DNA of 63,301 nucleotides, counting the filler, from Collodictyon triciliatum (Eukaryota), in assembly GCA_043381765.1 (NCBI GenBank). It is 5 parts of 5 records of this genome, joined end to end, with 100 filler letters (N's around TTAATTAATTAA, not from the genome) between each part and the next. Parts side by side here need not be neighbours in the genome. Positions count along the whole stretch, not along the records: positions 1 to 14,748 come from JBHJMP010001780.1; 4 more parts are not named here. One strand, written 5' to 3'. Below, piece after piece: positions 1 through 10,821 of the stretch. The stretch's first letter is position 1. Every line of letters begins with the position of its first letter. The notes under the pieces were generated by a model. That model had not been told where the DNA came from, did no database searches, and worked only from the letters and a program-made list of their open reading frames with translations. The position numbers and the translations under genes were made by a program.

Positions 1-250
1 TTTTATTTATTTTATTTATTTTATTTATTTTATTTATTTTATTTATTTTATTTATTTTATTTATTTTATTTTATTTATTTTATTTTATTTATTTTATTTT
101 ATTTATTTTATTTTATTTATTTATTTTATTTATTTTATTTATTTTATTTATTTTATTTATTTATTTTATTTATTTTATTTATTTTATTTATTTTATTTAT
201 TTTATTTTATTTTATTTTATTTTATTTTATTTTATTTTATTTTATTTTAT
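1..250. repeat. (TTTA/TTTTA)n microsatellite, intronic
   Basis: Tandem TTTA/TTTTA units ending shortly before the AG acceptor at 271-272. Confidence 0.95.
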
Positions 251-272
251 TTCATAATTCACCTTTTAATAG

Positions 273-546
273 GCATGACAAAGCCCTGGGATATTACCGT
301 AAATCACTTGAAATCCGACTGAAATTATACGGAGAAATGCACCCTAACGTTGGGGATACATACTACAATATTGGTAGTCTACTCATGAACCAAAAAAATT
401 ATCAGGAGGCTCTGAACATGTTCCAAAAGGCCAAGGAAGTGTATGAGCACGTTTATGGCGTGGACCACTCTGAGACCAAATATGCCGAAAAGAACCTGCT
501 AAAAGCGCAGAAGAAGCATTCTGGAAGGGAATGCCCAATCCAGTGA
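273..546 (+). CDS. Terminal exon of a TPR-repeat protein (kinesin-light-chain/TPR_12-like) ending in a CaaX box
   Basis: After ttttaatAG the frame reads HDKALGYYRKSLEIRLKLYGEMHPNVGDTYYNIG...YQEALNMFQKAKEVYEHVYGVDHSET, typical long TPR units; ends RECPIQ*. Upstream exons lie outside the window. Confidence 0.8.
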
Positions 547-1337
547 TTCTCTTCCTATCCAATCCACCCCATTAAAACAATTCATTACTTCATCCATACA
601 CTCTCCTTTCCACAAAACAAGTTCAATCCTTCTATCGTGATGGCCACCAAACTGAATGCAGACAGATGATTTTCAGCTTGTTTACGGAGGACTGGATTCT
701 TTCAATTTATTCAATGCAAAGTCAGAGGGCTGGATAAAAAATAATCAGAAATCAACCTAACCTTACCAACCACGTACTTGTAAAGATGGATTTCCATGCT
801 TCTTTGATAATAGATATTTGATAAGCATCACGAACTATAAGGATGATGATGTACTGATCATTAACGCGCCACTGCTATAGTGTGCTTCCATTGGATGTTT
901 TCATTACATTTTTATTTTTTTCCCGGTGATTGCATATTCCGGCATTAGCTTTGTAAAAACAATGCTTTTTCATTCTTTTTTTTTTTTTGCGTAACGGCGG
1001 GCTGTAATCATATGCGCTCCTTTTGTATGTCCTCATTATGTTTTTTTATCACAATCCTAGTTTTCATGTTCTCTGTAAAAATCCTTGACTGATTACACTA
1101 ATCTGGACTGAATCGGCACCTTCCGTAGAGATTTGAGGGCGAAGTACTGAGTGTGTTGTGCGAAGTTGGGTCATTGTTTATCTCAAATGCGATTGGTTTC
1201 GTTTAATCTCGTAAAATTTATCTGTTTGCTAGAGTTAAACTCGAATCGATTCCTTTGTCTTCTCTTTTCTTAACTTTTCCTCCCTTTTATTATTTTTTTC
1301 ATTTTGCTTCACTATGTTTAGTTTTTTGTTCTTTGTT

Positions 1338-1378
<41 letters not shown>

Positions 1379-1544
1379 CAGGTCCGGGGGGGGGTTGTGG
1401 TCGGTATTTGTTCTTTGTTTCTTATCTTACTGTTTTGAGGAATTTTTAGTAACCATACAATATTTCACACTTGCCTCATAACAGGATGTATCCAAGAAAG
1501 AAAAAACAAAGGAAATCCGAATTGACCTAATTATTCTGATACAG

Positions 1545-1690
1545 CCACTTAAGTGTATTATTTACTAGAAGGGAATATACCATCTCTCGATTGGTAAACC
1601 TGGTTCGCCAGTATCCAAGGTCTCACCACTTTTTTCACAAGTGTCGTGTAGTGGTGAAGGCTGCCAGGAAAGACCCGACAGCCTGTTTTT
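1545..1690 (-). ncRNA. Candidate Fanzor omegaRNA (scaffold ~1690-1565 plus flank-derived guide ~1564-1545)
   Basis: Directly 3' of the Fanzor RuvC-III/stop there are four hairpins on the minus strand (1684-1658, 1657-1623, 1611-1600, 1596-1578), with G-U pairs valid only in minus-strand RNA and a GAGA tetraloop. The position matches known TnpB/Fanzor omegaRNAs. Boundaries are inferred. Confidence 0.65.
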
Positions 1691-3778
1691 TTAAAGAAAG
1701 TGTATGCATTCTTTTGGGGTAGGATTAAAAAAACCTATCTTGGGATATCATTAGCGCTGTTTAAGTCCCTTGTCAAGAATACACTGTGTTTGCTTTCTTA
1801 GTGATTGCATTCTTTACATATGAGACATTTATACAACTTTTTTTCGAGTTTGCTTTCAGTATTATATATTCCAGTTCCTTTTTCGCAGTTAAAACACATC
1901 TCGATGTTCTAAATTCATATACACTAACCGTTTCAAAACGTTTGGGTACTATTTTTCGGATTCCTCTTCCGATTGTTGCCATAAAATGGTTCATCTGAGA
2001 TTTTCTGCTCCAGCCTCCATACGCCAGTACAACATCCTTGCCAAATGTCTTTTCGATTCGGTCCATAAACAACGGTTCACTTCTTTTTTTTATCAGCATA
2101 CTGTCTCCATCTCATCTTTCGAAAAGTTCCTTGTTCATAAAATCTGGAAAATTCTACTGGTATCTTGATTTCATAGATACATATATTCGAAATTGTTCAT
2201 AATCGACCGTGCGTGAATTATGTTTACTCAGTTCTGTCTCTAAATCGACTAAAGATACTCTTGATGTCTCAAACTGCTGATTCTCTTCAAAAGTCACGGC
2301 ACCAAAAGAAATAGCACTTTGTAAATCTGTTGCCACGCATATCCCTGAATAATTGTACTCTACTTTTCTTTTTTTCTCGCGCAAGAGTATTGAGTGCCCC
2401 TAAATAACAAGGTTTGTTATCATGTCTTGTTTGGTGTGGCGCGTAACGTAATTTCTTAACTGCCTCATCCACCATGCAAACAAAATTAAACTTGCCTGCG
2501 TCCACTCAAACATTTTTTTTTTGCCGCTAATAAAGATAACTGCCCTTCGGAAAGTTCATCTATATAAACATATTCTTGAGTTTTTTTTTATTATATTTGG
2601 ATTTTGCATTTGAAATACGTTTCTTTTCAAACAATAATAACACCACCAAGCCGTCTGTTTGTATCATGTATTTAAAATTGTTGTCTGTTTGATGAAAACC
2701 CCTCTTCTTGATTTCAAAGAAATCATCCCATAGGGTCTCTTTGCATCCTGATATATTCTTCAGTAATGATGTTTTTCTAGTTAATACTAACAGACCTACC
2801 AAACATGCAGTATCTAGAGTAACATGACATGACATATTGGTAGTTCTTATAGGGATTGGTTGAAGCAGTTTGGCTCCAATGTCCTCAAAAATGAGACTCA
2901 TGTAAATCAGACATGGTATGTACTTCTTCGGATTGACTTTGACGTCATATTCGATACCATTTACAATATCGCTGGGAATAATATGATTCAAATGCGTTAT
3001 AGCCCATTCTTTATATTGTTTCGGTATTTCGAGTTTCTTGAAGGTGGCTTTTCTTATTTAACTTTCGTAACTCTGGCTTTTTAATAGCATCCGTAATATT
3101 CTCATCTCCAGGAACTGTTTGATTTATAAAGAGCATTAAACTTTTTACATAATGACCCTTAATATTTTTATGATAAGCTGCTAGCATTTGCTTCGCCAAG
3201 CACGGTAATACATGAGACAATCCAACCAACGGAATGCGTTCTTCTCGGGACAAAAAGGAATCGAAAATCATTGAGATAAAAAGCCATCATGTCTTTACTC
3301 ATTTCTGGATTTTTAAACTTGCGGGTCTACCTTGTGAAACTACTCCGACTGTCTTTAAAGCATACAAAAAAAAAAACATTTCATCGGTTGTTGGGAGTTG
3401 TTGTGATTTCAATATGTAACATCTTGCAAACAGAAAAGTGTCGGTAACCAAATTATGACATAACAAAACCGCATCGTTGATTTTGTAATAGTCATCCGGA
3501 TTCTTTACAATCGACTTTAGAGATGTTTTCATATTTCGATGGTCTGGTTTTACAGACTTCTGATTATCAGACTCGAGGCGTTTTCTTTTCTTCATCTGAA
3601 AGTCTTTGCTTTACCTTTTCCTCTAGAAAACTACCGAGTTTTCAATTTTAACAAAACTTTAGTCTATTAGTCAATATATATAACTGCATAAAATCAATTT
3701 ATGTAAAATTAAGCATCTACCGAGACTCTCAAAAATGTGCGCATTGTGGCAAACAAACACACAAAGTTTTTTAGGTGA
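1565..3778 (-). mobile_element. Non-autonomous Fanzor-carrying element with Helitron-type termini, copy 1 (2214 bp)
   Basis: Closely similar to 13240-14748, with homology starting at A|TCAC in both copies. The minus-strand 3' end is TACCAATCGAGAGATGGTA(hairpin)-TATTCCCTT-CTAG|T. No TIR seen. The 3' end rests on this single copy. Confidence 0.75.
1735..3595 (-). pseudogene. Fanzor1-type (TnpB-like) RNA-guided RuvC nuclease, ~620 codons, frameshifted
   Basis: Fragments in order: basic N-terminus MKKRKR; IQTDG..V; EYVYIDEL; RuvC-I VDAGKFNFVCMVD; ETELSKHNSRTVD; VVLAYGGWS; RuvC-II VYEFRTSR; Zn ribbon CFNC...CKEC (shifted frames); RuvC-III FLTRDLNSANDI. Confidence 0.88.
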
Positions 3779-4167
3779 TGTATCTTACAAGCTCAATCTG
3801 CGTGCGCCGAGAGGGAGAGAATAAAAAGAGTAAAAAATTGCTTAGTTGGGAGGCTGACACGGAAAAATGGAAAAAAGAAAGAAAAAATGCGCCCAGCACC
3901 CACCAGAAGAAAATTGAATGCAATGAAAAAAAGCGCTTACCTCTCTTGGGTGATGACTAAAAATCAACGTCTTGCGGCTAAGGAATAAATGCTTTTTTAA
4001 TTAGGAGAAGTGATGAAAAAATAGCGTATACGCGACCGTTGAGAAAGATATAAAGTGGAATTTATAATATATTATATCAAATTAACGTAAAAAGGGGTTA
4101 AACCATATATTTTTCTGGAAATGTAATAGAATCAAGCATCAGTTGTGCTACTTTACTAAAATGCCAA

Positions 4168-4788
4168 TTTATTCTTCCTTTCAATTTTGTGCAGGGCGGT
4201 GGAGATGTTAGCTTTGATTCGCTAGCCTTCTTTTGCGTGGACGATACTTGGTGGCCGGGTGGCGGAGAAGTAGTCGGCAATCAGGAATTGCATCCTGCAG
4301 TTTGGCCTGTAGCCTGAGTCTTGTGCTTGCATGAGAGAGACAAGGCGAGGTTGAATCTCTTTCTCAGTCTCTTTCCACATGTCTCTTCTCACAGGTTCTG
4401 AGTAGTAGAGAACGTGCAGGTGGCGAAGAAAGCTATTGAGGAAAGAGATTTGTATGATGTCATTCAACCTATTATCAGGAATGAGTGGCTGGTTATTGGG
4501 TCTCGCTTTGCGTGAGTATATGCGCGCTATCCACATAGTCCATAGCAAATGGCCTCGCGTCACTGCCCAGAATGTTCTTGCATCTGGACGCAGCTGTTGC
4601 AGAGGCCCAAATATCGCCTGGATTGGGCCAACAGCCGCAGCCGTCTTGAGTGCCAGTCGAAGAATCTCACCGGCTATTTCGCGCAGTGTTTGAGCGAAAG
4701 AAATTTTTGTGATGATTTTTTTTTTATTATTCTTCCTTTCAATTTTGTGCAGGATGGTGGAGATGTTGGCTTTGGTTCGCTAGCCATC
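4168..4788 (-). mobile_element. Two tandem 5'-truncated 3' ends of a putative non-LTR (L1/Tx1-like) retrotransposon
   Basis: Open minus frame FAQTLREIAGE...FWAVTRGHLLWTMWIAR...HAKEG* resembles a LINE ORF2 C-terminal W-x-x-W-x-x-R motif. The stop plus ~50 nt tail with an AATAAA-like signal is repeated at 4716-4788, there followed by an A10 tail. Confidence 0.5.
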
Positions 4789-4807
4789 AAATTTTTGTGA
4801 TGATTAA

Positions 4808-5012
4808 CTCAGAGAAATAGATTAAAACCTCGCCTTACTTTTCTCATACAAGCACAAGACCCAGGCTGCAAACTAAATACATCATACATTTATTTGATAA
4901 CAGAGTACCGATCTGCTAACCGGCCACCAAGTATCGCCTATGAAAACGAGGGCTATCAAATCAAAGCCAATATTGTCCATCCATTGCACAAATTGTCAGG
5001 AAGAATAAAAAC
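4808..5012 (+). mobile_element. Diverged inverted third copy of the same 3' end
   Basis: Translates KPRLTFLIQAQDPG...LITEYRSANRPPSIAYENEG versus QPRLVSLMQAQDSG...LIADYFSATRPPSIVHAKEG at 4222-4370 (minus); ends GGAAGAATAAAA like the other copies. Confidence 0.55.
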
Positions 5013-6369
5013 AACGGATTGTCTATCTCTGAAACGCCCTGAGGAATCCAACGCGCCATTTAACTTTCGAGAACGGCCATCACTACAACATGTCATGAGA
5101 GTAATTCATCCGCCTTGCAAGAGAGAGATTTAGTCGTTGCGTAAGCATGACCCATATGTAGGAATATCCAAATAATTAAGGACTATTTTACGCCTAGCCA
5201 TACCTTCCTTTACGCTTCCTCAAGAGAGAAAAATAAAGCATCTCTGTATTTTGAGACACACACCCTCTTCTTACATATGTGTCATAGTAATGCGCACAAG
5301 TAGACGGCATAACTTAAAAAACTGTTAATTAAACAGCATCTTTAAGCCTGTCGCGTCTTTTTTTACTTTTCTTTTTGCATTACTAATTGCCCAACTTGGA
5401 TACTGTTTCTCATATTATTGTTTTGAAAATATGCTCCTCCAGAATATCAATCGTAAACTGTAGTGCATGCTCTAGTTTTAAGTGAGATTAAAATATCACA
5501 ACATATCTGAAATTAATTTATTTAAGAATGAAATTTTATTACTTCCTCTATTCATGAAGATAATCACGAATTGTGTTGTAGTATTATTCACATTTCGAAA
5601 GTAATAGATATCTAGAGTTTCGGTCTCAAATATTGGATATGTATTGTGTCGTCTCTAATTAAATTTTATTATTCTCCCTTTGTCAAAATTACGTTCCTGT
5701 GTATACGCATATTCCTGCAGTGTTTAAGACAAGGAGCTACCTTTGCTCTTATTTTATTTTTGCTCCAGCTAGGATACGTTGATTTATACTATCCACAGAT
5801 TGAATATTGACATTTTTATGAAGCCTCCTGTACCTAGGAGGACCTGTGTATCCAGCTAATAGCCCTATCTCTTGAAAAGAACCATTTCATTACTTTTTCA
5901 TACTTTGTTCTTCAAAATTCATTCTCATATGGCTGTTTCCTAAATTTTCGCTAGTTTAACTAAAGTAGAAGATTCATTAATATTAGTAAAGCTTCCGTAA
6001 TTTTTTTATTAGTTAACCAGGGCAAGGAAGGTTAGGTCAGGTTCACTTTTAAGCGAGTGATCTGAGATATATTGGTATAAAATTTATATATCCCGGAAAG
6101 TATTAACTAAGTGATTTATCACTGGTTTTTTTGAGAGAGATCTCCACCACGAGACTTTTTTGTGGATTCTGTAGTTTTGGGGTCAAGAAACAATCTTCGC
6201 TTCTGCTGCAGGGCTTGATGTCCTCTACTAAGCGTTGGAAGCTCAAGAAACTATGTTTTTAGATAGAAAAGATTCAATACTACAGATAACTAATATAAAA
6301 GAAACGGCAGATGAATACATAATATATTAGCATGCGACAGAGTAAATAAGATTATTTTGCATACTGTGC

Positions 6370-7159
6370 GTTTGTTTTACCTCGTTTTCTGAGATATCCA
6401 GAACCACAAGATTAGTTAGTAGACTTACAGCCTCGGGTAGATTTCTTAACTTTTATTTAGATTATTTGATGAGATTTTATTAATAATTGAGCGGATATGT
6501 ATTAATAATGATACACAGAGATTCTGAGTTTCTGATTTTCTTATATATTAAAAGGTACCTTGTTTTTCGAGACATCCAAATACATAATTGAAGGTATGAA
6601 GCACACAGATTCAGGGAATTCACAAAACTATTAAAAAAAAATTAAATTTTATTATTTGAATTGATCATTACAGTATGATTGAAAAATTACGCAGTTTCTT
6701 CCAAGTGACAAGTATGTCAAGCGCTGCATGAGTGTGATGCTGCTTGGCAATACAGCGAGTTTTAATGCGTACAAACTAAGTGATTCGAATTGGATATGCG
6801 ATTTTCTTGGATTCCACATCAGCTTTGTTACTGACTCAATCTATAAAGGTTTATAATAAGGTATCACAGATGCACCATTTCATGAAAACTGCCTAATTGC
6901 TATATAAAATATTACTCGCTCGCATAATTGTAGTGTCTGAATGCTTCTCTCCCGTAAAGTGTCTTCAGCCACCCAGAAAGGAAGATTGGAGATTCCCCTT
7001 GGAGCTCTTTCAATGTTGCGATGAATACCACTGTTAATTTTAAGAGTTTGAAGACTCTTGAGCGCCGTGAAGTGTGGTGGAAGTTCATGTATCTATGTGC
7101 ATTATGATATAATCACTTTATGGGATTTTATGTTTTCGACTAAGCATGTGAGAATTTTA
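6370..7159 (-). pseudogene. Degenerate LRR-coding continuation downstream of the LRR ORF
   Basis: Isolated minus-strand LRR peptides IHELPPHFTALKSLQTLKIN (~7095-7035), PSIMYLDVSKNK (~6594-6558) and LRNLPEAVSLLTNLVVLDISENE (~6450-6381), separated by stops or possible introns. Confidence 0.5.
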
Positions 7160-7831
7160 TCATAGTAGGAGTACCGGGTTATCCTGAAGATAAAGCTCTT
7201 TCAGATTAGTCAGGTGTGATATTTCTAACGGCAGAGACGATATCGCATTCTTGTGCATCCAGATATTCGATATTCCCACCAAGTTGGATATTTGTTGAGG
7301 TATACGTGATATATAGCAGCAGGCAACACGAAGAACTTTAAGACTCATCAAAAAAGGTATTGGGGACATCGTCGATAATAAATTGAGATTCATGTTGAGC
7401 TGGATGAGATTTGTAAGACAAGATATTGGAGGCAACGAGGATAGCTGATTATCAGTCAAGTCGAGGTATCTAAGACCCGTTAAACACGATATCTCTTCTG
7501 GTATCGATGATAGTCGATTGGAAAGAAGGTTCAGGTGAGAGAGGCGAGTCAAGATCAATATTTCTCGAGGAAATAATGAGAAATCATTTTGATTTATGAA
7601 TAGCGCCGTGAGATTATTTAACCGACTTATTTCTGAAGAAATCGATGGCAGTTGGTTGAATCCGAGAATAAGTCCAGATATGTGGGTTAGGTGAAAGATA
7701 CCAAGGGGAACCGACGTAAAATTTCTGTGAATCAATCGTAGCTCTGTGTGATTACGAAGAGTGGCAATGTCAGGGTCCTCCGTCAGGATGCGAAGTTCTT
7801 CGAGGTGTTCAAGCTCGTTGGGCATGGCCAT
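7160..7831 (-). CDS. Leucine-rich repeat protein (223 aa, ~8 LRRs)
   Basis: Repeated LxxLxLxxNxLxxLPxxI units (e.g. LTGLRYLDLTDNQLSSLPP). May be the intact 5' part of a longer decayed gene. Confidence 0.85.
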   Translation of the reverse strand: MAMPNELEHLEELRILTEDPDIATLRNHTELRLIHRNFTSVPLGIFHLTHISGLILGFNQLPSISSEISRLNNLTALFINQNDFSLFPREILILTRLSHLNLLSNRLSSIPEEISCLTGLRYLDLTDNQLSSLPPISCLTNLIQLNMNLNLLSTMSPIPFLMSLKVLRVACCYISRIPQQISNLVGISNIWMHKNAISSLPLEISHLTNLKELYLQDNPVLLL

Positions 7832-7955
7832 GGAGATGAATTGGAAGGAAACTGGTATGGGCTCCGGGGCTGGCTGAATTAGCGTGTCTTTCGGCTAAGG
7901 TGCTTGCTTGGTGTTTTGTCCTCTGATAGTGCTGTGTGTGAGTATTTTAGAGCGG

Positions 7956-7963
7956 TTTATATA
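7956..7963 (-). promoter_or_regulatory. Putative TATA box of the LRR gene
   Basis: TATATAAA on the minus strand in GC-richer flanks, ~125 nt upstream of the ATG at 7831. Confidence 0.35.
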
Positions 7964-8461
7964 CACCCCTGGGGCTGCGGCACGCATATATAAAATGGAG
8001 GAATGAATATAAGGAGGATGAAATTGAGACGAGATTTAATGTCTGGAAGACTGTGTTCATATAAGTATAATTTATGAGATAGTGTGTGAAATATACAATC
8101 TACTAACTAATTAAATGATTCACAGAACCATTTATTCAAATATAGTGTAATTTCCATAATAACAATACAAATATGGTATGATAAATTATTAGTTTTTGCA
8201 GACACGAAACGCAAGAAGCTTTTTTTTTTATCATAATTCTTTCATTTCGCCAGAGTTTCGGTGGGAGGTTTGGGCGAAGCTCGCTGTAAAAGAAACAATC
8301 AAAAAGCAGGATTAATCAAAGGACTTAGATAATGGTGATTGTAATTAACAAGAAAGAATAAAGAAATAATGCCATGTAATGTTCTTTTACTTTTATATAG
8401 GACACAAGACACAAACACAAGAAAACATTCGGCTGCCCAAAAAAATCGCAAGATCGCCTGA

Positions 8462-9649
8462 ATGAAACTAGATTGCGTGGTATGTCAGGATAGGTACAAA
8501 GATCCGCGCTTTCTTCAATGCGGTCATTCATTCTGCCTTGGGTGCCTTACAAACTGGTTCGCTCATGACAGTGCCTCAGCTTTACCGTGCCCAACATGCC
8601 GTCAGGAAACCAATATACCCGCCGGCGGCTGCTCACATCTCCCCCGAAATTATGCTCTGAATGATGCTTTAGAGTCTCCAGCCTCAGTCTCAGCCCCAGC
8701 CCCAGCTCTAATTCCTAGGCCACCTCCAGTCCATAGACCATCATCTTATCAATACCTTTCTGCGAAGGCAAAGAACCTTACAAAACTGATAAGAAGTCAC
8801 TCATCCCCGACACTCTTTATGTCTGTGATTTTTTCGCTATTCTGTGTCTGCGATAGGGCTGAGGTTATTTTATTTCTGGCTTTGGTTACATCCTTTGCCT
8901 TTCAGATCCGCTCTATCGTGTCCTCCACGACCGGGACAGGGGCCATTGTTCTCATTGAAATATGGATTTTGATTTGCTCCAGCGTGTTGTGGGTCCTACT
9001 TGCCTCCATGCTTATCATCATGGGTGGGAAAACTCTGATGATTACATTCCATTCGAGTGTTTTTTATTCATCAGCATCCGTACTTTCCTTTGGACTAGCG
9101 AAGCTACCTGCAGAGATTTATCGTTCACTTGATGTATTGGCCAGCGGAGGAGAGTACCCCTTGTACATCACCATAAACATAGCGAGTTTAATTTACGAAA
9201 ATATGTGGTATGTATCAAGGTTCGCCATGGAATATGCCCAAATAGCTTTCGAGTTAGTATTCAATGCGCTGGGAACAACTCTTTCTATTCTTTTCGAAAT
9301 TATTTACATCATATCTGCGACTTTGCTCCATATATTTCATGTTGGAATAGTCTATGTTCCGACGATGTTACAAATTCTCCATGATGTGACACTGTACATA
9401 ATATCGCCTCTCTGGTCTTTGTTGGTAACTTTGGTTTCATACACACCAACACTGACGCAATCCTTTTTCAACTTTGTCTTCTACATTTTTGGCCATTTGC
9501 CTTCGCTCGCATATATCGGATTTTCTGGATTTGTGGAATTCATACGATGGATTGTCGGGATGTATAACTTTGTCCTTTCAACATATACAGTAGCAAAGAC
9601 GTTGCTGGTGGCAATATTCTTTTCAGTAATGATTCGCTATGGCAACTAA
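8462..9649 (+). CDS. RING-HC (TRIM-like C3HC4) protein with multi-pass hydrophobic C-terminal region; putative membrane E3 ligase
   Basis: CVVC...DPRFLQCGHSFCLGC...CPTCR...LPRNYAL, then a Pro-rich linker and many hydrophobic segments; intronless 395 aa. Confidence 0.85.
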   Translation: MKLDCVVCQDRYKDPRFLQCGHSFCLGCLTNWFAHDSASALPCPTCRQETNIPAGGCSHLPRNYALNDALESPASVSAPAPALIPRPPPVHRPSSYQYLSAKAKNLTKLIRSHSSPTLFMSVIFSLFCVCDRAEVILFLALVTSFAFQIRSIVSSTTGTGAIVLIEIWILICSSVLWVLLASMLIIMGGKTLMITFHSSVFYSSASVLSFGLAKLPAEIYRSLDVLASGGEYPLYITINIASLIYENMWYVSRFAMEYAQIAFELVFNALGTTLSILFEIIYIISATLLHIFHVGIVYVPTMLQILHDVTLYIISPLWSLLVTLVSYTPTLTQSFFNFVFYIFGHLPSLAYIGFSGFVEFIRWIVGMYNFVLSTYTVAKTLLVAIFFSVMIRYGN

Positions 9650-10335
9650 CTAAGCACCCAATCGCCAGAGGCTTCAGACTGGTTAAATAGTTCAACTTTT
9701 TTGTTATATTTTTCCCTGTGATGCAACCATTCTCACGGCACGCAGCTCTTCTATAGTCCCTCTCTCGCAAAACTGTGAGCTCCATTAAACATGGCGATAC
9801 CCAAGGACGATGAAATAAAAAAAAGAGTTCGAGCTTGGGTGACTGAATGTGTGTTTTCATGTGAAGAAATTGATTTTTACGATCTCATACCCAAAATCAC
9901 TGACGGGCAATAATCAACTGCATTTGTGCGTGTCAATGGCGAGAAGCAACTCCTTTTTTTCCCTCCTTTTTTTTCCTCTCCATTTTTTTTCTTCTTTTAC
10001 TCAAGCAGATCCACGACTTCTTCAGACTCACCATTAGGGTTGTTTGAAACCCCATTCTCAAAGCTCATACTGACCGAGCGAAGGGTCTGTTCGTAAGGAG
10101 TTTTCGAAGAGGTCGCCAGTTTGGTATTTTCGCGTACTTTTGTCCATTCTTTCCGATGAAAACCTGCGGCAGCCGGGTTGCTGTGCATTTTCTTGATTGT
10201 TTCTTATTATTGCGACTCCTTCTCGCTTGCTTTTTTTCTTCAATCAAAGCACCACAAATGCAATATTACCAATCATGCATCCTACCTACGGTTCTGATGC
10301 CCACGGAATTCAATACATGTAAGGAAAGTTAGCTA

Positions 10336-10336
<1 letters not shown>

Positions 10337-10410
<74 letters not shown>
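10337..10410. repeat. poly(A) tract
   Basis: Uninterrupted A run of about 74 nt. Confidence 0.9.
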
Positions 10411-10417
<7 letters not shown>

Positions 10418-10821
10418 GAGCCAGCATCTCAATGGAAATATTTTATCCCGCTTATAACGCCGCAACTTAAAAAAACGAATGTATTTTTCTATTCGCGAAA
10501 GCTTCGGCGTAGCATTTAATAGTGTAATTTTTTTTTTATAATTCTTTATTGGCACAAGTAAAGCAAACCTCAACGAGATACAATATCGTGGATAGATTGT
10601 TTTATACGAAGTGTTAACTGTCTGTATCATTTTGTTAGTCACTAGGCTTTGTGACTTCTTTTCTTGAGTAACATTCATTATACACGAATCACACGTGAAC
10701 GACAAAAATCTTTCATTTTGAAACGTTCACATATTCTTTTACGATTGCTTCGATTGGACGTCTCTTATTGTTATATTGTGCATCTATACCCACTCCCCTT
10801 TTAACACCATTTAGGTTGCCC

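Noticed and set aside
2249-2363. GT...AG-bounded segment inside Fanzor as a possible intron
   Set aside because: It is 115 nt, removal breaks the frame, the donor (GTAGAG) is weak and the segment is open in frame.
1500-3800. Terminal inverted repeats for the Fanzor element (Mariner/MuDR-type)
   Set aside because: No reverse complement of the 5' end found near the 3' end.
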